Below are positions 27,800 to 39,900 of a DNA stretch of 64,000 bases, in pieces; the stretch's first letter is position 1, and each line of letters opens with the position of its first letter. The notes under the pieces were generated by a model, which was not told where the DNA came from, ran no database searches, and was given only the letters and a program-made list of their open reading frames with translations. This DNA is from a virus. The DNA is taken from IMG/VR virus record IMGVR_UViG_3300025892_000009; one strand, 5' to 3'. The translations under genes were made by a program, and so were the position numbers.

Positions 27800-29284
27800 T
27801 CAAACCACCACTAAGTTACCAACCATGCTGGCATGGATTGTGCATTGATAAACATATGTTGTGCCAGCACTGAGAGTTTGGGGCACTGTCCAATATTGGA
27901 CTCCAGTTATAGATCCACTAACTCCAGCAGTTACAGAAGCTCCACCATTAGTTTGTCTCAGAGCAAATGGGTGACTAGCTCCAGTTGTGTTATTGAATTT
28001 ATAAGTGAATCCCCTATAAACATAGATTGTGGGATTATTTCCTGCATCATTAAGACCACCACCTTCAAAAGTATATGCTGAAGATCCGAATGCGCTTACT
28101 GTAATTCCAATAGATGCAGATGCACTTGCTTCCCAAGCTTCACTTTGACCGTTAAAAACTACAGTGTCATTATCTGCAGGGTTTGCAATTACAATGCCAT
28201 TATTGGTAATTGTAAGTGTATTTGAAGTTGCTGCTGTGCTAATTCCTGTCCCACCAGTTATTGCTAAAGTTGAAGTTGATAATGCCGCTGTTGTAGTGCC
28301 AGTATCTCCATTAATTGTCCTATAAACCTCTTGCACCACATTGGGTGAGTCATTAGTTACTGTAAGATTTTCTCCATTAATAGCAGTACTGATTCCAGTA
28401 CCACCAACAATGTTAACTGTAGTTGATGTGGTGCTAGCAGATCTGCTTCCACTATCAGACCCAATGGTAGCAAAAATATTCTGATCAGGATCTCCTAAAG
28501 ATCCACTCATATTGATTGTTACAACATCACCAGTAATTGATGTTGTAATATTAGTGCCACCTGCAATAGTTAAGGTATCTGTTGCAGCACTTGCAGTTGT
28601 AGATCCACTATCTGCATTGAAACTTTCAAATAGGTTTTGTGTAGTGCCACTACCACCTGTACCTTCGTTGAGATCATTTGCTGGCTCAAATGCACTATTT
28701 GTAGAATTCCACTTGAGCACTTGACCTTCAGATGGACCGCCGCCAACAGTCAGATCAACGTCTGCCAACTCACCAATAGATGATCCAACATCTATCAGTT
28801 GAATCCAACTACCATGAGCGAAGTAACCATGACTTTCATCATGCACATGTGCAAACATACCATGATGTGTTGCTACATCGGGGAGGTCAGATAAAGCAGT
28901 ATATGGAGCAGACCACTTAAAGTATCCATCTGCACCATCAACATATGCTAAGGCACTGCCTGCTCCACCTTTCCAAAATTTAATATCACCCGTGCCATCA
29001 GGCATGATATTAACATCTCCGTTGTTTTCGGAAACAATCTTAAACGTCTTGACGTTTAGATCTACACTAAGTGCATCAAAATGAGACTCAGTAAACTGAG
29101 TGCCATTCCATTTCAATACTTGCCCATCAAGAGGACTACCTATACTAAGTTGTAGGTTTGTTTCATTACCAAGATTATTGTAAATTTCATCAATGACATT
29201 ATTGAGTTTGATAGCGCCATCGCGGAGACTATCACCCAACCCGTCGTTAGCTGAACTACCAATACTGAGGTTTTGCTTGGCCAT
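27800..29284 (-). CDS. gp9/gp10-like (baseplate-fibre connector N-terminus) protein with a C-terminal cupredoxin-like domain
   Basis: MAKQNLSIGSSANDGLGDSLRDGAIKLN start, His-rich HHGMFAHVH segment, and C-terminal SHPF...YQCTIHASMVGNLVVV. Confidence 0.75.
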   Translation of the reverse strand: MAKQNLSIGSSANDGLGDSLRDGAIKLNNVIDEIYNNLGNETNLQLSIGSPLDGQVLKWNGTQFTESHFDALSVDLNVKTFKIVSENNGDVNIMPDGTGDIKFWKGGAGSALAYVDGADGYFKWSAPYTALSDLPDVATHHGMFAHVHDESHGYFAHGSWIQLIDVGSSIGELADVDLTVGGGPSEGQVLKWNSTNSAFEPANDLNEGTGGSGTTQNLFESFNADSGSTTASAATDTLTIAGGTNITTSITGDVVTINMSGSLGDPDQNIFATIGSDSGSRSASTTSTTVNIVGGTGISTAINGENLTVTNDSPNVVQEVYRTINGDTGTTTAALSTSTLAITGGTGISTAATSNTLTITNNGIVIANPADNDTVVFNGQSEAWEASASASIGITVSAFGSSAYTFEGGGLNDAGNNPTIYVYRGFTYKFNNTTGASHPFALRQTNGGASVTAGVSGSITGVQYWTVPQTLSAGTTYVYQCTIHASMVGNLVVV

Positions 29285-29307
29285 GGATTGCTATTCTTCT
29301 ACAGTGT

Positions 29308-29314
29308 TATTTAG
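29308..29314 (-). promoter_or_regulatory. Late promoter variant CTAAATA
   Basis: In the intergenic gap, 23 nt upstream of the ATG at 29284. The same heptamer recurs at 30922-30928. Confidence 0.45.
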
Positions 29315-29318
29315 GTGC

Positions 29319-30911
29319 TTAGGTGCCATCAAAAGTTTGACTCGTAGAATCAAATGTAGATGATGTGCTATCGAAACGATTTGCAACATCTCCTCCTCCA
29401 CCAGATCCAGTTACTGTTAACGTAGCAGAATTTGAATCTAAAGGAGTATTTGATGCATTATCTTGAGGAAGTGGTCCTCTAATACGACAACGATACTTAT
29501 ATCCAGTCATGTATGACAAAGCAGTGACTGAGTATGATGCTGAAGTTGCACCTGTCACTGCAGCGAAAGCGAATCCACCATCAGTAGATCTATACCATTG
29601 ATACCCAATGGATCCATCTTCAGGAAGGATCTGTGCATTTACCGTAAACGTAGCACTCTCATTTGCATTAGCGGTAGCATTTGCTGGTTGCAATGTAAAC
29701 TGTAGAGTAGGTGCTACTGGTGCAGGACCACCACCACCTGGATCCACAGGAGGAGCAACTGGATTTGCTCCGTTATTTAATGGTGTATCTATAACTTCAC
29801 GAGAAGTAATACCTACAATGTATGGAAACTCAGGATGATCAATATCTGTAGGATCAACCGATATGAAATACGCATATGTGCCATTTTGAAACTCTGGAGT
29901 TATACAAAATTTACCATTATGGATATCTAAAGTTCCTGTCCCTTCAATATATTCATAGTCCTGAACAAGAGATCCCGCTGGGGGATTATCACTAGTAGTC
30001 CCATAATCAGGTCTACCTGATACTTCAATATCTCTAACGGAATACGAGCTACTCTGGATTGATACTCCACTCAAATTGTCCCATGATGAAGTATATCCAT
30101 ATGGACCATAAATTGGAAATCCATCAAATGCATATCCAACTATTTTTGAATGTCCATCTGGGTGGCGAATATTATTACCATTAAATTGAGTTGATCCATA
30201 ATAATCATTGTATGATGCCATTATGGAATTATCTTTCCAACAATCCAAGAAATGACTATCATGGTAATGATATTGTCCTGTTTGCTCTGGATGTCCACCG
30301 CATTCATCTTCACCAAAACTATTGAAAGGCGTATGTCCAGCAGCATTCCAATTATATCCAACAGGTGGAGATCCTCCATTCCCTGCACTGGGATTGAAAA
30401 TTACTACACCATTTGCACTAATTCCAATAGTGCCTAAGGGGGTAGATGTCCTGCCATTTCTTTGATCGTAGTATTCGTATGTGCCAGAGCCTGATTCTTG
30501 ATCTGACATGATTAAATCGATACGATCGTCTGCTGCTAACCAGCATTCATCTGCAACTGAAGTAAAAGTTGTCCCTTTATAAAGAAACTTCCTTTTAATC
30601 CCATCACTAAAAACAAATAATAGATGATCACCTTCACGAATTTGATTGGTTGCACCAAACAATGAATTATCATTCGCACTTATAATAATGGATCTAATAA
30701 ATCCTGTTTGTGACCATTGGTTACTGTCAAATGTACGACTAATTCCAAATGTCCCACCACGATATTCAAAATTATGATCAAAATCTTGCTCAGTAACCGT
30801 ATTTGGGTTATTTGAATTTGGAAATGTGCCATAACTTACAGGTGCTGGCAGTCCATCTGCAGCAACTGTAAGTACTCTGGTGGCATTATTATAACTGGCG
30901 GTTGCAGTCAT
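29319..30911 (-). CDS. YHYH-domain virion protein with Ig-like domain
   Basis: GGHPEQTGQYHYH, HSKIVGYAFDGFPIYGPYG and LDIHNGKFCITPEFQNGTYAYF. Ig-like segment FTLQPANAT...YQWYRS. Confidence 0.85.
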   Translation of the reverse strand: MTATASYNNATRVLTVAADGLPAPVSYGTFPNSNNPNTVTEQDFDHNFEYRGGTFGISRTFDSNQWSQTGFIRSIIISANDNSLFGATNQIREGDHLLFVFSDGIKRKFLYKGTTFTSVADECWLAADDRIDLIMSDQESGSGTYEYYDQRNGRTSTPLGTIGISANGVVIFNPSAGNGGSPPVGYNWNAAGHTPFNSFGEDECGGHPEQTGQYHYHDSHFLDCWKDNSIMASYNDYYGSTQFNGNNIRHPDGHSKIVGYAFDGFPIYGPYGYTSSWDNLSGVSIQSSSYSVRDIEVSGRPDYGTTSDNPPAGSLVQDYEYIEGTGTLDIHNGKFCITPEFQNGTYAYFISVDPTDIDHPEFPYIVGITSREVIDTPLNNGANPVAPPVDPGGGGPAPVAPTLQFTLQPANATANANESATFTVNAQILPEDGSIGYQWYRSTDGGFAFAAVTGATSASYSVTALSYMTGYKYRCRIRGPLPQDNASNTPLDSNSATLTVTGSGGGGDVANRFDSTSSTFDSTSQTFDGT

Positions 30912-30921
30912 CTTTTTACTT

Positions 30922-30928
30922 TTATTTA
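30922..30928 (-). promoter_or_regulatory. Late promoter variant CTAAATA
   Basis: Overlaps the stop of the 6848-aa gene, 10 nt upstream of the YHYH gene ATG. Confidence 0.4.
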
Positions 30929-33900
30929 GTTGTCATCGAAGATGGTCGCTGGATTGAAGTTACTAATTACAGTAGCTCCAGTCTGGACACTTAGGATAGC
31001 AGATAGCGAATAGACTGGTGTTGCACCCGCTGCAGTAATTGCAACGCGATATTCATCACCATCATCAGATTGCACTGTGTTTCCAGTATCGTATACTGCT
31101 TGGTTAGCACCAATGATGTTACTCCAAGTTTGTATGCCATAATCTTTCTTCTGCCACTGATAATTCAAGGTTTCGCTATTGCTAACCGTAGCAACCACAG
31201 TGAATGAAGCAGTTGTATTTTGATTCACTGTCACGTTGACAGGATCTTGAGTGATAGAAATCGCACCAGGAGTAATCGTCGATCCTCCAGTATACTCACT
31301 ACCTTCGCCTGCGAGGATATCAAAACCACCATTGACAGGAGTGCCTTCGGGATTTACAAAATCATCGGGGACTTCATTATCAATTGCAATACTCGCTTGC
31401 GAATAACCAACACCTGGAGTCTTAACTACCATGTTGGCAATTCCAAGTTGTGCAACAATACGTGCGTCAAATCCTGTAGATGAAATAACGTCAACGTTTG
31501 GTATTGATGTATATCCATCACCAGGAGCAGTCAGACCAGCAGTTGTAACTTCTCCCGATGTCACATTAGCCAATGCGTCAGCATTACGACCCTTAACAGA
31601 TCCTGTATATTCAAATGTGATCAATGAGTTGGAAGACTCAATAAGAGCAACTTCTCTCTGAAACTCCTCACCCTCAATGACCAATTTATCGCCAGTTTCA
31701 ATTGGTGGCACAACAGTTGCTGCAACCACGTCAGCGTCACTACCAATATATGAGAATCCAACGTATGTAGATCCTGCACGAGGCACTTCAGAAAAGATGA
31801 TTCTGGATCCAACAATCTCGTATGCAACTCCAGGTTCTTGAATGATACCGTTGAGTGAGACAATAATGTTGTTTTCTGGGCGGATCACGTTAGAAGAAAC
31901 ACCTTCAGTCAATGTCAATGAATAGAAAAGTCCATCACGCTTGAGGTTGAAAGAAGATCTCAACGAATCAAACTCGAAACTAATATCGTCTAATTGACGT
32001 AGTTTACCAACATAATATCCGATAAACTCAGACCCAATATCAGGTGCTTCGGAGAATGCAATTTTGTCTGAGAATGCAACATAAGAGTTAGTTGCACCAG
32101 GTGGTTGCAGGACTCCATTCACCCATAGGAGTAGATGTCCTGCAGGATCTGGGAAGTATTGCTCACCATTTGCAATTGTAATATCGAAGGTAGTTTGGAC
32201 TCCATCAAATCCACGGAAGTAACGCTCAACGCGACCTTCAAGGACCCTGGCAGAAGAAACTGCTCCACCCCAACCATAATCAGATTTAATAGTCATATTA
32301 TCGACAAATAGACCCACTGCATTTTCAATATGGATTCTTGCAGTAATGCCCTGTTGATCAATATAAACCACACGCCCGTAAGATGTGTATCCAGTATCCA
32401 CAACTGATGTTACATTTGCGTAGATTGTTGGGAAGTTAGATCCAATATCAATCTTACCGATGTTATTGGAAGAATTTGTCAATTCGGATACTGGAGCACC
32501 AGTACCTACATCTACAGGATTAGCAATCCATAGTTTGTGGATTCCATAATTTGGATCAGAAGGATCTAGATTAGTGCCATTAATATACTGAGTAACAGTT
32601 GCACGGAAACCTGGATTTTTTTCTGTAGTGCCTTGAAGCAGGGAAACTTCATCTCCAACACGGAATGTATCACTTACACCCGTGTCGATAATTGCAATAC
32701 CAAGATTCAATTCATAGACGTTAGTGCCATGTAGGTACTGATTCAATTGGATCGCAGTGCCAGAGATACCCTTAACATCTAAGATGTAATCGGTAACGCT
32801 ACCATAAACAATATCACCAGGATTCCAAGAATTTTGGATAGTCTCAACGTCCATCGATATGCGACCACCCTGGTTACTAATAAGAGCACCAGATTTATTT
32901 ACATAACTTTCGGCATATGCTTCTGCAGAAGATTCAGAAGCAAACAACCAATCTCCTGCGGCAAAATCTCCAATCTCCAAATCCATCAAGAATCTATCAT
33001 CCGATGTGCCTGCAGTAGCAGTTGTGCCACTATCAACACCTTCAATTATATCACCATCATTAATAGTGCCAGCAACTGTCATAAGTTTTACAAATGAATT
33101 GCCATCATTGTCAGGATCTACTGTTTGTAGTACGTATCCGTTATTAGCAGTCGCACCTTGGACAACAACTTGCTCTCCATTAGTAAATCTATCATAAGTG
33201 CCTAATGTCTGAGATACGTTTGTCACTGGGAAGTTCTTGTAGATCTTGAAGATATTTGCAGAATTCAGTTGAATTCTAGAAACTTCGCTAGATGCTTCAG
33301 ATGTAGATCCATAAAGCACATCTGCAGGATTAAACCCACCTTGGATAGGAGTATCTGAGGGATCTGAAGGATAAACAGTTACATCACGAGTGATTCCACT
33401 ACGTCTCACAACTGAGAAGAGTTGTGATCCCACATTGGTAGTGTCTACTTCCAATAATCTAAAACGTCCATCGTGGATGTAATGAGCACCAATCTCAAAC
33501 CAAGTGCCTGTTGCAGACAAGACATAGAAATATGATTGTCCTGACAAACCTGTTAATGAATTTTCAGATGCAGGGATATATGAGAGGACATCACCACGAC
33601 GGAAGTAATTTCCACGGTTAATTCTAATTCTATATTCAGCACGATCAAATCCAACATCCACCAAAGGAGTCAAAGAAACCAGAGAAGGATCGGTATTATA
33701 GTCTTCACCCATCTCATATGTTGTGCTCAGATTCTGAGCATCAGTAGATGCTACAAATGTTACACTTGCTTCTGTTGGGAATGCAGATCTTTCCAATGCA
33801 AATTCTAGAGGATTCATTGAAGAATCCATAATAAATTCAGTTGCTTCTTGGAAGTAATCTATTCTTTCCTCGGGACTATATGTGATATATGAATCCCAAC

Positions 33901-36900
33901 CAGGATCAGTCTCAAGTTGATAAAGAGCACTCTTGGAAAATTCTCTAATTCTTGTTAATGCATAAATGAGATGTGATCTAATGACATCTGTAAATGCAAT
34001 GAAGTTTCCTTCACCATCAAACCAAGTCTGGGCAAGACGGAATGCTCCTGCATTACCACCTGTAATCATGTCATATCGCAATGCCTTAAGCACGGCATCT
34101 GGGAAATCGCTCGTGAGGTTAGTTGTTGCGTATGTTGCAGTAACATCATCTACAACCCTTGCCACAATTGCAGCATGGTTGAAGAGAAGTATATCTGCAA
34201 TACCCTTATCAGTATTTGCACCAGCACCAAGTGTATTTGACATAATATCAAACAACGTATCTACAGCAGATACTTCATTGTGACATGTGCCTGCCTGGTA
34301 ATTGGTATTGCCAGTAGATGCTGTGGTCTTAGTAACACTACCTGTTAGGTAGTTTACATTATTAACTGCAGCTTCTGTAATTGTGCTTATAACCATTCCA
34401 AACAAGGTATCAATCGAAGATGCCACTTGGGGACATACTTGATTCCAAGTGCTGTCGGCTTCAGATCCACCATTGGAAGTATCGTAAGTAATTGTCAGAT
34501 CTCTAATGACATTTTCAGGACTATACTTAACGGGCCAGATATATGGCAGAGAATAAGAATTTGTTGCAACTCCGCTAGGATTAGTGATGCCTCCAGTGAC
34601 AATTGCCATCAAAGTATCAATTCTTGCTTCAATCTCAGAAGTCTCAGTGCCAGTATAGTCTGGATCAACTACACGACCTCTATAGTATTCCAAGTTGCCT
34701 GTAATAGCATATTGCCAAGAAGCTGTGGGTTCTCCCGATGGCACATTACCTGCTGTGGCACCAAAACCGCCATCATTACCATCTGACCAAACACCACCGC
34801 CACTGCCAAGACCAATAACACTACCAACTCCACCACCATCACCACCACCAGGGGTATATGCAGTCCCCTGAATTTCATTGTCAATCCATAGTCTCACTCT
34901 ACCAGCACCAGTTGCCTGATTGCCACCAATACGGACTTCCCAAGTGATAGTATGTGCATTGCCATCCATAACACCTGCAGTTACCAGATCTGCAACTGGA
35001 ATATCCAACATTGCCAATCCAGTATCACTGGTGTATGAAGCACCACCAGCGTAGGTATTTCCTCCTGCACCAGCACGTAGTCTTAAGTATGTGCCACTAT
35101 CTCTAAATCCAAGGAAGGTTCCTATTGTAGATCCACCACCTTCAAAGAGGACACCATCAACTGGATTCGATGGAAGCACCGTGGTGCATTCGCAAACAAA
35201 ATCCTCATTACTGGTCATTCCAGTTGCAGAATTTGCAGAGTTATTGATATTAACTGTGCCTGATGCAAACGATCTGGTTAAAACATTATTAAAGACTGAG
35301 TTGTCAAGTCCATCAGTAATATCGTGAGGGCGAAGTTGATTGGATGGTTTTGCTGTAGCATCGAAGAAACGCTGACCAACTCCATATGCAGCAGTATTCG
35401 CAATCAGTTGATCCTTCATTGCACGTTTGACAAGATCTCTTGCCTTTTCCAAAATCCATATAGACTCAGTTGCTTGTGCAGTAATATGATCAAGTGTGCC
35501 TGCACTATTCACATAGAATTCTGTAGCATATTGCATCCAGTTTTCACCACCATATTGGAGGTTGAATACTAGAGATCTCAAGATGTCAGTAACATCATGG
35601 ACACAATCAATAACACCATTGGATACAACTGCACCTTTCTTAGCATCTACAAACGTATGCACATAACCTTGTGCCCATGCAGGAGATGCAGCAACAGACA
35701 CGGTAATTGTATCTGCAGTTACTGATGTAATTGCAATTGACTTATTGTAGTTATCATCACCAGGACGAGGATAATATTTGGTAGTTGCATTCTGATCTTG
35801 TGTGCAGGAGAATCCAATAGATTCGGGTTGAATCGTAACTCTATTTCCAGCAACCAAGGTGTGAGTGCCAATTGTTAATACTGATACTCCAGTAGCAGGA
35901 TCGTGAGTTGCAGCAGTTACATCAAATATATCTCCACCACGAATTCCACCATTGATTGACAATGAAGGATACTGTGCTTCACCCAAAGCAACTGCTTGCT
36001 CGGCAATATATCGAATATTGCCATCAATAGATTCTGCAGTGTCTCTATAATCTGTGGTAAAGGGATTCTGCTCATATGACTGGACAGGAGTGGACTCTGG
36101 AGTATTTCCTTCAATGTAATCTCTACCAAATGCATTACGCATTGTAGATAAGCAGAGATCTCTTACAATTTTATAAACGGTAACAGATGCTTCCCACTCT
36201 TTTTCAATATGCTTTAGTGAATTGTTTTCGGTCTCAATATAAAGTGCTGCTGCATCATAAGTTTTTTCATTACAATCGTGGAGGAGGTCATGGATGACAG
36301 CATTAATTGTATCTTTGACATCATCTTCGCAATTTACATGCCCACCAGGGACTTGCATAGTCCCATACTTAGACAAATCATTCATAATTGCAACTGCTTC
36401 CATTGCAATTACATTTTGATTTTCCTTAATTCTATTGACAGCATCTATGAAGCGATCATTAGAATTTCTAGTTGCTTGAGGCCATGCTTGCGGATCAATA
36501 GTGATTGTATTATCACGATATGCTGCTCTAGTGGTGTAGAGAGGTGAATAATAATCATCTTGTGCCCAAGCAGGGACACCCAATTCTGCAACTGCACTGC
36601 CAGGAGACATTAGAAGATTATTCAGTGCCTTAATACACAAATACTTGGCATACTCAAACGCATCCAACATGGGATTGAGCTCATGCTCAACATGGAGAAT
36701 ATTATCTTGAGAATCAAGGTAGTTATCAATCACATTCTTAATATTGTACGTGCCACCTGTTACGAGGTCAGCAATAACTCCAGGGAGGATATGGGTTTTA
36801 ATATCATCTTCACATGCACTTTGACCACCGCCAGGATAGACTAAGAATTGCTGTGGATTTCCATCAAGGGTCCTGGTATACTTTGCATTAATATATCCTG

Positions 36901-39900
36901 CAGTTTCTTCTGCAATGTAGTCACGATTTTTCCAAATCATTACACCAGAATCCTTGAATCCCTGATCTGTAGGTGCGATAACCTGTAAAAGATTATCAAT
37001 CAATACGCGAATTTCAGTTTGAATTGCATTAGATGCAGGAGAAGAGAAATTATTAGGAATTCTCAATCTTTGACTATAAACACCTGAAAGATCTGTGCTA
37101 GTTGTTGTGATAACATCATTAATGATATCTCCAACAGAGTCCCAAGTGAATAGTGTTTGTAGGACTTCCTTACCAATATAATTTAACTCACCACCCTTTG
37201 TTAGGTATGTGCGAGCAGTATATAAGGTGTGGTATGTGCCACCTTCTCTCAAGTCTTTAACAATCGCACCAATAATATAGTCCTTCGTATCGCGAAGGCA
37301 ATATGTAGTACCTCCATAAGAATTATTTGCAGGATCATCACCTGGCATAATGAAATCTGGGAATTGTGCCTTCATTCTTCCGACGGCTTCATCGGCAATC
37401 CAAGCATCATTCAATTCAATGATTCTTGCAGCATCCCTTTGATCTTTCCTTCCGAGGTCAACATCTTTAATGACAATAGTCTTGTCTACATAATTAATTT
37501 CCTTGGCAGTAGCACTGGATGTAAGAATTCCAGTAAATGTTGCATAAGTTTCAGTTGTAGACAGAATAAATGGATCTTCGCCATCCAGTCCTAATACAAT
37601 ATTGAGATTATTGTAATCAACTTGAGTTGGAGCAACAAATGGTGCAGAATATTTTGCTACTTTGTTATCAATGTAGAAATTATCCAGATACCCATCAAAT
37701 CCATTAGCAGCGTTGAAGTCGGCACCAATAGTTACTTTGGTATAGATATAATCATTTGTATCGGTGTAGTTGCTTCCTACCTGTGCTCCATTAACATAGA
37801 GTTGTAAGGTATTGGAAGTCCTAACCAATGCAATGTGATACCACCCATCGACAATAATAGTGCCACCAGAAATTAACTGAGTGGTGCCATTATAAACTCT
37901 CAGAGTACTACCATCCATGACCATTCGTAGTCCAAAGGTGGCAGACAAACGACGCATGTCGATCAGTGTCTGAGTGCCTGTTACTCCATTTGCTCTCCAC
38001 CAACCTTCGATTGTAAAATCATCAGTTGCTCCGAATGCATATTCAAAGGAGTCAGTTGCTGTCAAATATCCAGCAGCAGGAATCACAATACATTTAGTGC
38101 CACTCAATCTAGGACTCTTCTTGACAACACTTAAGGTGCAATTATTTTGATTGGCAAGAGTTGAGTTTGTAAGATACTCACCATCAACCATAGTCCCTGA
38201 TAACTCATCAGCAAAGATCACTTTCAGACCAGAATTAGATCCAATTGCTTGGAAAGTAGTACCCGATGTAACTCCACGGATTTGATCATTGATTGTGAAT
38301 AGACCTGAAGACTTATCCTTATATCCTAATTTAATGGTGCGGATTGTTTCTCCAGACTGGAAAGTGCCATCAGTTATAGATGCTAAGGCATTTACATTAG
38401 TGAGATTGCCAGCATTAATTGAAACTGTTGCAATATCAGTCAAAGTTGAAATATAAGACTGGACATCAGCACAGTTTGTTGCTAACTGATTACTACCATT
38501 TGCATAGTTAGCATCATAGGTAAATCCAGGAGCGGTGCCACCATAAGAAGCAGGATCGTTGAGGATTTCTAGATCTTTACCATAAAGTAAGTTATTAATT
38601 GCTAGATATGCAAGATCTCTAACTTTTTCAAATGCAGTGATAGACTCTGCAGTCTCTCCAACTAAACCGTTAGCAATAGGAGCACCCGCTGTGTCAAAAT
38701 ATGACCTAGTGAATGTAACTGTATTGAAATTGCCACCAGTAGCAACATCATTTGATATTGCATCAATGAATAGACCAATATCACGACGACACTTGATTTC
38801 ATTGGGTGTATAGGTACCTAATGATTCATCTGGCAACTCAGAAAGAGTGCCGCTGGTCATTGCATCATCTATAATTTCCCAAAGGGTGACAATTGCAGCT
38901 TGGACATCTTCACAGTTTTCGGTGTCTGTATTATCTACATTACTACCTGCAGTGCCATATGGATCATTAGGTGATGGGTCAGCAGTTATTGTTAGATCTT
39001 GATATGCGTCATATGAAGTGCCAGCATCAGGACCATTGACTTGAGAATAACTTCCAGAAAGGTTGTTTGTGATAGACAACAGCATATAATCTTTTGCTTT
39101 CTCATATGCCCACTTAGTTTCTACTGATTCAGTATCAACATAAACTAGAGCACCAGTACTATCGAAGTATTGTTGGATAAATTTGCGAGAGTATACATTA
39201 CCACCACGGAAAGTATCAACCGAAATCGCATCAATAAACTTCTTCAGATCACGCTTACACTTAGCAGCATCAGGCACCACCAAAGAAGGATACTCTGCAA
39301 TCATATCATCGTATGTTTTAGCAGCGATATACTCCTTATTCTTTTGAATGAAACGATGTCCATCTGCAAATCTACTCCAAGAATTGGTGATTGCATCACC
39401 AGGGAAGTAGAAGTCTGGATGATCAACAGCAATTTCTGCTTCAGCAAAATCAATCAATTCTTGCTTATTATCTTTGATTCTATTAGAGGCATCATAGAAT
39501 CTACTACCTGCTGTCCCATGATATGCAGATACTGGATTTCCATAATATATTCTTCTGTTTTGGATGCTATCTCCCTGAGCAAGAGTGCCATTACTCAATT
39601 GAGTATAGACAACTTCTGTAGTTCTTACTTCTTCAAAATCAAGGAAGTCGTCATTAATACGCTTAGAGTCATCATACAACGCAGTCGGTGTAATTGAAGA
39701 TTGTGAAATATTATCAAGAATAACATTTGGATTAGTAATACTGACCAAACGCTCAAACAGCAATCCATAGAAAGTGGATCCAGGGTTGATTTCCAACTCA
39801 GTGACAACATCATCTGTTACAGGATCGCGATATGGACCAATGAATGTAATTTGACCAGCAATTCCAGAAGATGCAGAGTAAATAAACTCATTCAATCTTA

